A stretch of 63,911 nucleotides of DNA, filler included, from Octopus bimaculoides (Eukaryota): NCBI RefSeq assembly GCF_001194135.2. It is 8 parts of 8 records of this genome, joined end to end, with 100 filler letters (N's around TTAATTAATTAA, not from the genome) between each part and the next. Parts side by side here need not be neighbours in the genome. Positions count along the whole stretch, not along the records: positions 1 to 4,071 come from NW_026300090.1; positions 4,172 to 13,082 come from NC_068985.1; 6 more parts are not named here. One strand, written 5' to 3'. A program made the translations under genes and the position numbers. The notes under the pieces were generated by a model. That model was not told where the DNA came from. It searched no databases and saw only the letters and a program-made list of their open reading frames with translations. Shown here piece by piece: positions 1-10,746 of the stretch. Position 1 is the stretch's first letter. Every line of letters starts with the position of its first letter.

Positions 1-11
1 TATATACACTA

Positions 12-384
12 TTCTTTTATTCTTTTACTTGTTTCAGTCATTTTACTGTTGCCATGCTGGAGTACCGCCTTTAGTCAAGCAAATTGACCCCAGAGCTTAT
101 TGTTTATAAGCCTAGTACTTATTGTATCGATCACTTCTGCCGAACCGCTAAGTTACGGGGAGGGAAAAGCACCAGCATCGGTTGCCAAGCGATGTTGGAG
201 GGACTAACGCAGACACAAAAACATATACACACATACATATATACATATACATATATGACCGGCTTCTTCCAGTTTCTGTCTCACAAGGCTTTGGTCAGCC
301 CAAGGCTATAGTAGAAGATGCTTGCTCAAGGTACCACGCAGTGGAACTGAACCCAGGACCATGTGGTTGGTAAATGAGCTACTT
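12..384 (-). mobile_element. tRNA-headed SINE, family A (head split by the 385-2429 insertion; remainder of head at 2430-2462)
   Basis: Matches the + copy at 10518-11081 in reverse. Head continues at 2430-2462 (GAGCTACTTACCACACAGCCACTCCTGCACC). Confidence 0.9.
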
Positions 385-2429
385 TATTTCATTTAAATTT
401 GCCATAAGGGCAGTACATAGAAAGGTAGAGTAGCTGCGGACTGGATGTAAACATTAATGAACATGAATGATTATGAAATGATACAAGATGGGGGAGAATG
501 AATGACGCCCATCGATCACCGCCTCCTGCAAACATTGTTCTTTTTTTTTAAAGAAAAAACACATTAAGGTTTTAAACCTCTTACATTAAAGCAAATTTGA
601 GGTTTCCCTCTTACAAAGAAAAAACATTATATAAATTTTAAAGAGGCACTATTCCTCTAAACAATTTGGTTGCTTCAAAGCAGTCCCTAGCTTTCACATT
701 CTGGTTGTACACCATGCTTCCAAATGAGTCTTCGGGAAGATCTCAATGATCCTGCTGTGGATGTCTCTGGGTACGATCTCCCCAGCTATGNNNNNNNNNN
801 NNNNNNNNNNNNNNNNNNNNNNNNNNNNNNNNNNNNNNNNNNNNNNNNNNNNNNNNNNNNNNNNNNNNNNNNNNNNNNNNNNNNNNNNNNNNNNNNNNNN
901 NNNNNNNNNNNNNNNNNNNNNNNNNNNNNNNNNNNNNNNNNNNNNNNNNNNNNNNNNNNNNNNNNNNNNNNNNNNNNNNNNNNNNNNNNNNNNNNNNNNN
1001 NNNNNNNNNNNNNNNNNNNNNNNNNNNNNNNNNNNNNNNNNNNNNNNNNNNNNNNNNNNNNNNNNNNNNNNNNNNNNNNNNNNNNNNNNNNNNNNNNNNN
1101 NNNNNNNNNNNNNNNNNNNNNNNNNNNNNNNNNNNNNNNNNNNNNNNNNNNNNNNNNNNNNNNNNNNNNNNNNNNNNNNNNNNNNNNNNNNNNNNNNNNN
1201 NNNNNNNNNNNNNNNNNNNNNNNNNNNNNNNNNNNNNNNNNNNNNNNNNNNNNNNNNNNNNNNNNNNNNNNNNNNNNNNNNNNNNNNNNNNNNNNNNNNN
1301 NNNNNNNNNNNNNNNNNNNNNNNNNNNNNNNNNNNNNNNNNNNNNNNNNNNNNNNNNNNNNNNNNNNNNNNNNNNNNNNNNNNNNNNNNNNNNNNNNNNN
1401 NNNNNNNNNNNNNNNNNNNNNNNNNNNNNNNNNNNNNNNNTATGACACTTGGTGGGGGGGCGTCCTTCAAGAATCACTGGGTACCTTGACCCAGCCATCT
1501 CCAAAAAGTCTGGAAACACCAGACTAGCAATTGACTGGGACCAGAGGGTCAAAGACGCTTTCGACCCCTCCCAGTCAAATGCTGGCAGAATTTTTATATG
1601 GAGGAGCTTGGTTCCAGTGCCACCTAGACCCCAGCAGATGGAATCCTCTATCCACTCAGGCTCTATTCTAGGCGGCAACCCGCAGACACAAGCCCTCGTT
1701 ATTTTTTGTCCACAATATGTGGGCAAAACAGTATTTCTTGGCCCTCAATGGGCCTGCTCGCAAATTTGTGAGCTTCACTCAGGGAGTCAAAAATAACCAC
1801 ATGGTTGCATATTTGACTCCCCTTGAGATATATTTAAAGTTTGTGTTACAGTTCTTCAATTCCTTTTCAATAGTGATTCGAGGAAAGACAGTGACGCTAT
1901 CCAACACCTTTGAAGAGGTTCGGAGTGTCACTGTTCTTTCCTCTAGTTCTTTCAACCACTGCTTGGGTAGGCACAATTCCCACTCCAATACAGTGTCTTC
2001 ATTTTTGGATGCCATGTCAGTTAAAAAAGAGTTCAAAATAAATCGTAAAACAGTTCAAGGAAAAAAAACATAATTTACAAAAATTAAAGAAAGATAGACA
2101 AAAAACTAATAAAAGAAGAGACAGAATAGAAATTAAATAGTTCAAAATAAAAAGTCACAGACACAGAATCCTAGTTCTTCAGTAAGGTACTCCAATTAGG
2201 TACACCAAACTCAGAAAGTATTGAGTCCCTCGTTAAGAAGTTATTAAACCTCTCAAGGATGATCCTCAATGGATTTCTTACATTTGTTACGGGCAGAGGA
2301 ACAAATGTTAAAGAAAATCGTGTTTCACGCTCAGGACCCGATACGATCTCACATCATCGTGATGTTGTTGATCCGCTCAATAGAATCGGATACCGTTGCG
2401 ACACATACTTAAGAAATGATCCTTAAAAG
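385..2429 (-). mobile_element. Non-LTR retroelement with L1/Tx1-like ORF1, apparently lacking ORF2 (HAL1-like); 10-bp TSD
   Basis: TSD TGAGCTACTT at 375-384 and 2430-2439. About 400-nt 5' UTR, then a decayed ORF from MASKN (~2015). About 310-nt 3' UTR ending GAAATAA. Contains a 650-N gap. Confidence 0.75.
694..2015 (-). pseudogene. Decayed ORF1 (gag-like/RRM-like, L1/Tx1 type)
   Basis: MASKN...GVKYATM, frameshift, VVIFDSLSEAHKFASRPIEGQEIL, frameshift, LPTYCGQKITRACVCGLPPRIEPEWI...YPVILEGRPPTKCH (possible start of a zinc knuckle), gap, ...FPKTHLEAWCTTRM*. Family assigned by eye. Confidence 0.55.
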
Positions 2430-2481
2430 TGAGCTACTTACCACACAGCCACTCCTGCACCCATATATATATATATATATA

Positions 2482-2701
2482 TATCTGTAAAAATATGTGA
2501 CACTTATTCAGTAGCCATGATAAAATTCCGTGTTTCGGTGCCAGGTTGTGAGCCCACACCATCTCTTTAGTTATCCGGCCAATTGAAAATTTTCAATTGG
2601 CTGGATAACTGAAGAGATATTGGCATGGGCTCCCACCCTGGCATCCGAAACTCGGAGTTTTATCATGGCTACTGAATAAGTGTCACATATTTTTACAGAT
2701 A
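2482..2701. repeat. 220-bp loop-less foldback palindrome (MITE-like, at the edge of a TA tract)
   Basis: Centre CCAATTGAAAA/TTTTCAATTGG. Arms begin TATCTGTAAAAATATGTGACACTTATTCAGTAGCCATGATAAAA and match the reverse complement at roughly 85-90%. Confidence 0.9.
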
Positions 2702-2786
2702 AATTCCTCTATTTGCATAATATCGAGGTCTCTTTCTTTCTTTTATTGTCCTTCCTATCAAATATATATATATATATATATATACT

Positions 2787-2836
<50 letters not shown>

Positions 2837-2862
2837 ATACTATCAATATATATGTGTGTGTG

Positions 2863-2894
<32 letters not shown>

Positions 2895-2904
2895 CTATCA
2901 ATAT

Positions 2905-3960
2905 ATATTTGGGCAAGCGAAATCATGATGGCACCTGTGCCCAGCATCGCCTTTCTGGCACTTGTGCCCGCGGCATGTGTAAGGACTTTCGAGAGAGATC
3001 GTTGCCAGTGCCCCTGGACTGGCTCTTGTGCAGGTAGCACATAAGATGCACCATTTTGAGCGTGGCCGTTGCCAGTACCGCCTGACTGGCCTTCGTGCCG
3101 GTGGCACGTAAAGGCACCCACTGCACTCTCTGAGTGGTTGGTGTTGGGAGGGGCATCCAGCTGTAGAAACTCTACCAATTGGAAATATGCTGTGAGTGAG
3201 AAGACCCGGCAAGCCAAGTGAGACCTAAATCTAACGCCTCAGCCAGTCCACTTATGCGTAACTTCCTTCATTGGACACTAAATTCCACTCACGAAGACCT
3301 GTTGAGGCAAGTGAAATCAAAATCGAGTTAAATTCGATGACTGGCACCCATGCAAACATCGTCTCCTTCATTGGATACGAAACTCAGCTTGCGAAGACTT
3401 ATTGGGGCAAGCGAAATTGTGATGGCACCAATGCCCAGCGTTGCCTTTCTGGCACTTGTGCACGCGGCATGTGTAAGGACTTTCGAGTGAGATCGTTGCC
3501 AGTGCCCCTGGACTGGCTCCTGTGTGGGACACACATAAAATACACCATTTTGAGCATGGCCGTTGACAGTACCGCCTGACTGGCCTTCGTGCCGGTGGCA
3601 CATAAAAGCACCCACTACACTCTCTGAGTGGTTGGCGTTAGGTGGTGCATCCAGCTGTAGAAACTTTGCCAACTGGAAATATGCTGTGCGTAAGAAGACC
3701 CGGTAAGCCAAGTGAGACCTAAATCTAAGGCCTCAGCCAGTCCACTTATACGTACCTTCCTTCATTGGACACTAAACTCCACTTGCGAAGACCTGTTGAG
3801 GCAAGTGAAATCGTTAGGAATGGCATCCAGCTGTAGAAACACTGCCAAATCAGATTGGAGTCTGGTGTAACCATCCGGTTTCACCAGTCCTCAGTCAAAT
3901 CGTCCAACCCATGCTAGCATGGAAAGCGGACGTTAAACGATGATGATGATGATGATGATG
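2905..3960 (+). mobile_element. RTE-clade LINE 3' end, rearranged as a 494-bp tandem duplication
   Basis: ORF end WKYAVSEKTRQAK* at ~3180-3222 and again at ~3674-3716. Units start at 2911 and 3405. Terminus GCATGGAAAGCGGACGTTAAAC(GAT)n. Confidence 0.8.
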
Positions 3961-4171
3961 GATAAATATATATATATATATATGTTATATATAAATATAT
4001 ACTACATATATATATGTCTATATCTATCATTATATAACTTTGAATATATATGGATATATATATATATATATNNNNNNNNNNNNNNNNNNNNNNNNNNNNN
4101 NNNNNNNNNNNNNNNTTAATTAATTAANNNNNNNNNNNNNNNNNNNNNNNNNNNNNNNNNNNNNNNNNNNN

Positions 4172-4205
<34 letters not shown>

Positions 4206-4379
4206 GTATGTATGTATGTATATTTTTGTTTATCTTTCTATTTATCTGTTATTCCACGAAGATGACTCTCGAAAAAGTTATGCCAAAAACAGCGATTCTA
4301 TAAATATATTCTCTTGAAGCTTTCGTTTTGTAACCGGAAAACTAGCGCACAGTTAGTGAAGAGGGAAAAAAACAATAAT

Positions 4380-4545
4380 GATTTCTAACATCGGCACAAT
4401 GCCACAATTCTTGTCGGAAGAGCTCATTGAACTTTTGGCTCTCAGTACTTGATTGGTACATTTGCAGTCGACCCTTGGAAGGTGAGCAGCAAAGTCTATC
4501 CCGAGGGGATATGAATTTAAAGCATGCACATATTTAGCGTTAAAC
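4380..4545 (-). mobile_element. SINE family B, degenerate copy
   Basis: Degenerate reverse match to the GTCGACTTTGCCTTTCATCC...GTCGATAAAATAAGTACCAG core; approximate bounds. Confidence 0.6.
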
Positions 4546-4714
4546 ACTCATAAACACTTATAGGCAAAAATATAACAATATACTAATTAAATAAGGAAGT
4601 AAAACACAAAGCATGATTGAAATACTTGTACGTACAATTTCTAAAACTGCTTTATTAGATCCACTTATATCAAACAACAAAACTACATTTGGTTCTGGAG
4701 GGCTAGATAATTCA

Positions 4715-5180
4715 TATTTAGAATCGCTAAGGCAGCGAACTAGCTGAATCGTTTGCGCACCGGACAAAATGCTTAGTGGCATTTCGTCCGTCTTCACGTT
4801 CTGAGTTCAAATTCCGCCGTGGTCGACTTTGCCTTTCATCCTTTCGGGGTCGATAAAATAAGTACCAGTTAAGCACTGGGGTCGACGTAATCGACTACTC
4901 CCTTACTCCGAAATTGGTGGTCTTGTGTCAAAATTTGAAACCAGTATTTAGAATCACTAAAGCAGCGAAATGGCAGAATCGTTTGCAGGACGGATAAAAT
5001 ACATAGCGGCAATTTGTCTATTTTTACGTTCTGAGTTCAAATTCCTCCGGGATCGACTTTATCTTTCATCCTTTCGGGATCGATAAAATAAGTACCAGTT
5101 GGACACTGGGGTCGATGTAATCGATTTACACTCTCCCCCGCCATTGCTGGCCTTGTGCCAAAATTTGAAGCCAATATTCA
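4715..5180 (+). mobile_element. SINE family B, two tandem copies (~235-bp period)
   Basis: A-box-like TGGCAGAATCG, B-box-like GAGTTCAAATTCC, core GTCGACTTTGCCTTTCATCCTTTCGGGGTCGATAAAATAAGTACCAG. The spacer TATTTAGAATC is also duplicated. Confidence 0.85.
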
Positions 5181-5341
5181 GAATAACTATCTTCGAACTT
5201 AATTCCCAGGAATAGTGTCTCCGAACTTCTTACTAATGAAATATTGTCCGTTTAATGAGTTTGCTGAGGACCACCCGTCAAACTCTGACTAAATATCTCT
5301 ACACAGGCCACTCCTGCTAACGATTCTGCCAGCTCGCCGCC

Positions 5342-5385
<44 letters not shown>

Positions 5386-6215
5386 TCTTAATTGTCATAA
5401 AAGCTGCAAAAAAGACAGAGGACAGTGAAATGTTGCATATAGCACGTGTAAACAATAAAACAATAATAATGGACAATATAATATTAGGTAAAAATTCTCC
5501 AAAAGTGGTGGGACCACCCAGGGGTACCATTCTCGCCATATTCACCCACATTTCAGCAAAAATAGGGGTGGGTGGTGGAAGCAACACTTCTTTTTCCACA
5601 CTCTTCTTTTCAAATGGAACCTGAAAAAGTCAAAGAAAGTTTGGTCAAAAAGGAAAGTATCTGTCTTCAGTCCAGTGAACTTTCTCCACATCATTACCTC
5701 TTTTCCCATAGTCACCAGACAGAGGAAAACTGTATGCCATTCCTGACCAATGGAAGGTGGCGGGACGATCCACACAGAGGACTCGGTCGTCAGTTAGATC
5801 CACTCTAAACGTAGCAACAGTTGTTCGAGAAAGCTTCATAAGTCAGCAATGCATGAATATGGCACGAGCGTATACAGAACGCTTTCATTGCTCTTCGCAC
5901 TTCTCAAACGGATCCGCCTGACAGCATTTCAGTACCTGTAGGGCTTATATCTAACCGGCAGACTCCTCCAGGGATTTATGAAAGTTACCCATGGGTCCTT
6001 TTGAAAAGGTCAACCGACTTATCTCCTCCCGCAACGTCCAGAGTTATCTTGAGGATGTCGTCGCTCTTGCCCGTCACTATGCTCTATAGAACTCCACCGA
6101 CCGCATTGCCCGACTAGCAGAGAGCTGTGAGCACTTGGCGACACTCCAGGTGCCAAGCACCCTGTTTCGGCCTGCGCTTGTTCCACGACTGCAGCTCCTT
6201 AATGAGACGAACTGC
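5386..6215 (-). mobile_element. L1/Tx1-clade LINE, 3' fragment (ORF2 C-terminus and 3' UTR) ending in (TAA)n
   Basis: Minus frame LPVRYKPYRY*NAVRR...ESVLYTLV...ADL*...WIVPPPSIGQEWHTVFLCLVTMGKEV...FFRFHLKRRV resembles the decayed C-terminal zinc-knuckle region of L1/Tx1 ORF2. Confidence 0.65.
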
Positions 6216-6229
6216 GGAAAATTCTATTT

Positions 6230-6497
6230 GACAAACAGTATTTAATGGAGATTAAATACGCTTTACACCGCTTAAACTGCCAAAGGAGTAAGTATAAACA
6301 GCTGAATACTTGTCAGTGATTGGTTGAAATTATCGAAATAAGACAATTTTTTTACATGAAATAAATTCGAATACAAAATTTTTTTTCTGTTCTATAACAC
6401 AAAATAGATAAGTATACGAAGTTTGAAAGTCTTTCGGTACCAAAAACACTACATAAAACATTAATGAAAACTGGTGCCCCCGTTTTGAACAAGATCC
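6230..6497 (-). mobile_element. Partial, longer member of the MITE family seen at 11166-11341
   Basis: 6417-6497 is the reverse complement of 11166-~11246, including one TIR. The other end was not found. Confidence 0.75.
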
Positions 6498-6876
6498 CGT
6501 TCCTTAACTAAATCTCCGTCTATTCTAGATTTTTTTTGTTGCTATTTCTTTACTAAACCCTAACACCTCTACTCTCATAGCCTTTTTCAGGGCCATCCAC
6601 CATCGTTTTTTTTTTTTTTTATGTTTATGCTCATCTTGTTGAATTACACTTAAAATAAAAGGCGGAAGCATGATCCCCCTTAGTGAAGAAATACATAAAC
6701 TTGCACAAAGAGAATACATAAAAGACACAACAATATTGCATGCATTGTTTACTGAAAACCATGTGGAGAAGATAATTCACCGTAATATCCAGGCAGAACC
6801 AACGTCATATAGTGTAGGAACGTTAGCGATTTCAGTTCAAGTTCAATTCAGCCATGGCCAGCCTGGACGCTAAGCA

Positions 6877-7018
6877 GCAGCAACAACAACAACAACAACA
6901 ACAACAGCAACCGCGACGACGACGACGACGACGACAGCTGCAGCAGTAGCAACGGTAGCAGTAGCATTAGTAACAACAACAACAACAACAACAACAGCAG
7001 CAGCAGCAGCAGCAGCAG
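6877..7018. repeat. Compound trinucleotide microsatellite (CAA/CGA/CAG/TAG)
   Basis: Direct reading. Confidence 0.95.
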
Positions 7019-7271
7019 TAATATCTTCTTTTCTATAAATCTTATATTCCGAAACGTGAAATCTAGTTGCTGGTTATGGAAACTGTATGAAGATTAATTT
7101 ACAAGGAACAACAATGTAATAACGATCACAACAATTTCCGTCTTAACAGTTTCTCTCGCGTGGCACAAGACCAGAGTACCGTTGTGTGAGTCTGAACCAG
7201 GGACCTGAGGTTTGGGAAACTACCTTCTTTACATTTCAGCAATGTCTGCATTCATAGAATTGCATACATGC

Positions 7272-7302
<31 letters not shown>

Positions 7303-7929
7303 CATACATACATACATACATACATACATACATACATGCATACATATTCACAAATACATACAAAAGTACCCTGCTGATGTTGTTGAAATTCCAGTGAAGG
7401 AGCCTTGGATCTTGGTTAAAAACCGACTCTTTCTCTATTGGCAAGGAATCTTGAAATGAAACTGAATAATGACGTACACACACGTTAACTCACTCACTCA
7501 CCACTCACTCACTCACCACTCACTCACTCACTCACTCACTCGCTCGCTCGCTCTCCCTATTTTTCTCTCTTTCTCACCCACCTCCCACTCACATATTCAG
7601 AAATATTTCAGTATTTGCATGTGTGCAAACACGTGAGTGTTTGCACACATGCGTTTAGTTGTCTTGCTCGCCATTTAAATAAATAATTTATCTTTGGAGA
7701 TATACAAATTCCATATTTTAAACACTAAAGTAGTTTTTTAGCTATTGTTTTTATATATGTATTTTTATGCAATTGTTTTTTTAATTAGTTCTGTTTAGTG
7801 TCTGATTTAGTTTTGTCATCAGCGTCTAGATATCACACTGAGCAGACCGCTGATAAAAAGCATTCCAGCCGTTGCAATTCCACCTTTCTGGCTTTTATTT
7901 TTGTTTTTGTTAAGCAGGTGATCATGGTT

Positions 7930-8075
7930 ACTGAAGCGCATGGATTAGTGGACTTGTTGTTAGGATATTGGCCTCACGATCACGAGGCCGTGGGTTCGAG
8001 TCTTGGATTGAGCTCTACTTTGTGCCCTTGAACAAAGCACTTCATTTCACGTTTCTCGAGATTACAAAACTTAAA
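7930..8075 (+). mobile_element. Degenerate tRNA-headed SINE (family D)
   Basis: A-box-like TGGATTAGTGG, B-box-like GGGTTCGAGTC, then TTGTGCCCTTGAACAAAGCACTTCATTTCAC. Confidence 0.5.
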
Positions 8076-8274
8076 ATGGATACCAGCCAAATGCTGGCGC
8101 AGTCTCCCCTCCTTCCAGTTTTCACATCTTCAATGTTTCGCTGGATCAAGCTTAAGGGAGGGCTCAAGTAGATGTCTTTGCCTGCTCGCAACTACCTAGA
8201 CACCTAAAGCAATTAACGAAAGCACTGCGTATGCTGCCAAATCGCAGTCGCTTATGAGTGACGGCTATCGGTGG

Positions 8275-8651
8275 TTGAGTTAGCACTCCGTCGCTTACGA
8301 CGTCGAGGGTTCCAGTTGATCCAATCAATGGAACAGCCTGCTCGTGAAAATAACGTGCAAGTGGCTGAGCACTCCACAGACTCGTGTACCCTTAACGTAG
8401 TTCTCGGGGATATTCAGCGTGACACAGTGTGACAAGGCTAACCCTTTGAATTACAGGCACAACAGAAACAGGAAGTAAGAGAAAGTTGTGGTGAAAGAGT
8501 ACAGCAGGGTTCGCCACCATCCTCTGCCGGAGCCTCGTGGAGCTTTAAGTGTTTTCGCTCAATAAACACTCACAACGCCCGGTCTGGGAATCGAAACCGC
8601 GATCCCATGACCGCGAGTCCGCTGCCCTAACCACTGGGCCATTGCACCTCC
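8275..8651 (-). mobile_element. tRNA-headed SINE family C, full length, 14-bp TSD
   Basis: TSD ACGGCTATCGGTGG at 8261-8274 and 8652-8665. Nearly identical to 32368-32753 and 21012-21368. Confidence 0.95.
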
Positions 8652-9349
8652 ACGGCTATCGGTGGATATCATACATAACACTGCATAATCTAATGTAGTA
8701 TTATATATTATTTTTTCTTAGACGGTAGAGCTTGATCTAAGATAAATTTGACTTCTATATCTAGCAGATTGAGTGACCACGTACTTCGTGAATAAGATAA
8801 ATGAAGTATTGTCTCGTTCTCGATAACCAACTGCAAATTTCTGTTAGGAACAGAAGCTGGTTAGAGAATCGATCATCCCAGATCTTAACTATTATTCTGC
8901 TGCACCTACTATCCCATACCAAGCGACCTGAGGAGAGACTAATCAAAGCTTTCACCTTAAATAATGAAGGACACATTAGCTAATATAGATGCCTACTAAA
9001 AATGAGACGACCACATCCGAGGTACCTTTGATCTGTATAGGTCTCCTCGAGCTGAGCTAATCTGAGGCTAAACAGCAACTTCGTCTCAGAATATACTTAT
9101 TTCTTACGTGGGTTTAAGACCATAAACCAACAGCTTTATAGGAATGTAATTGTATGACCACCATGCATTTGTAAATTTATTACAAATGAATTCTTGTTGA
9201 CAAATGTTAACGAATTGGATGAAATCCTACACTAAGATAAATTAGATACGCTTTGGTCATTATTGATCCACATCTTGTCTAACTTAATAGCACTACCTTG
9301 AGTAGTCGTCGTTTAGCACCATCTGGAGTAGCAGGGCTAGTTGAGGTAA

Positions 9350-10430
9350 AAAAAAACAACATTATGTCACAATGTTCTATGGTGTGAATTTGATTTTTAT
9401 TGAGGAGCGAATGGCACAAGAGCCTAGTCTAGGGTACCTTGTGAATTTGGAAGTAGCACTGTTTGGACAGTAATGATAGAATACTTTCCACATCTTGCAA
9501 ATAATGTTGCGCTCACAACGGCATGGCAGAAAATAATATTTGAGCCTTTTGATCAAGGCCTATACACGAGCCGCCAATGTCAAGTAGGACATGTTGAGGA
9601 TTTCATCAATACTGCCAAAGTCTATTGTATCAGGATCACTGAAGACGAAGCAAAATTGCTTCTATAGAATTTCTACCATATCTTTGTTGTGATTGTGAAA
9701 ATGTATTCCTTGATCAATGTGCCGATGGATGAAGAAGTAAGCCAATGTTTTTTTTGAAAAACAATTGAAGACGGGTTGTGTCCAAATTTTGTAATAACTT
9801 AGTCTTCTTCAGTGACCCCTTGGTTACTAATGAGAGACTTCATATAGTTTTGGAATAAAACTTTGTTGCAATAATTTAGAGTGTAGTAGCAAAAGTAAAA
9901 ATGTTTGTTTATTGCATATGTGTATGAAAGGTTGACTAACTGCTCAGTTAGTGGTATTCGCTAAAGTTATATTGGTCGTGTGTGACGAAGAAGACTTTAT
10001 CCTCTCATGTTGAAAAGGCGATTAACTTTAAATCAAATTGGTCTCGGATTAAAATATAATGTGCCCCGTGGTTATGTCAGTGACAAAGTAGGACGCCAAC
10101 TGCTAGGAATAGTTTTATGTGTCTGCTTATATTGTGGAGTTTAAGCGGATGACTTAATATGGCAGAAGTCGGAAATGTTGAGCAGAATTTTCATAGAAAG
10201 TTCCTTAGCTCCATCGGGGATAACAAAGTTGATAGCAATATAAACAATGACAGAACACAACTTATAAGCGAATGAAATGTTAGCGGATGCACAATTTAAT
10301 ATAAAGCTCTTGATGAATGACAATTCTTTCGTAGTTAGAAAATCTTTTATTGTTATGACAAGAACAGCTTCTTCTTTGCACAGATATGAAATGCGGAAAG
10401 TTAGTGATTGTAATGCATTACTGAAAACAT
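9350..10430 (-). pseudogene. Highly decayed hAT (Buster/Charlie-like) transposase
   Basis: Collinear remnants by eye: IPDGAKELSMKIL, KTIPSS, FFIHRH (cf. HCxIHR), NRL...QHVLL, HYLQDVESIL (cf. LAYLxDIF). Many stops and frameshifts. Confidence 0.45.
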
Positions 10431-10517
10431 GCAATTGACAAACCAAGTCTCTGCTTAGGCGTTTGATATGCTGGAAATAACAGCCAAACCTTCTTCAACT
10501 CTTATCATACTATGTAT

Positions 10518-10697
10518 AGGCGCAGGAGTGGCTGTGTGGCAAGTAGCTTGTTTACCAACCACATGGTTCCGGGTTCAGTCCCACTGCGTGGCATCTTGGG
10601 CAAGTGTCTTCTACTATAGCCTCGGGCCGACCAAAGCCTTGTGAGTGGATTTGGTAGACGGAAACTGAAAGACGCCCGTCGTATATATGTATATATG

Positions 10698-10746
<49 letters not shown>

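Noticed and set aside
4116-4127. TTAATTAATTAA embedded in N runs (also near 13127, 18191, 27934, 34424, 49113, 62366)
   Set aside because: An identical six-frame-stop palindrome centred in fixed-size gaps is an assembler linker, not genomic sequence.
9540-9760. Minus-frame HPSAH...VLLDIGGS resembling an RNA-virus methyltransferase (possible endogenous viral element)
   Set aside because: Overlapping frames give collinear hAT transposase remnants over ~1 kb, a simpler explanation. The viral-like frame has several stops.
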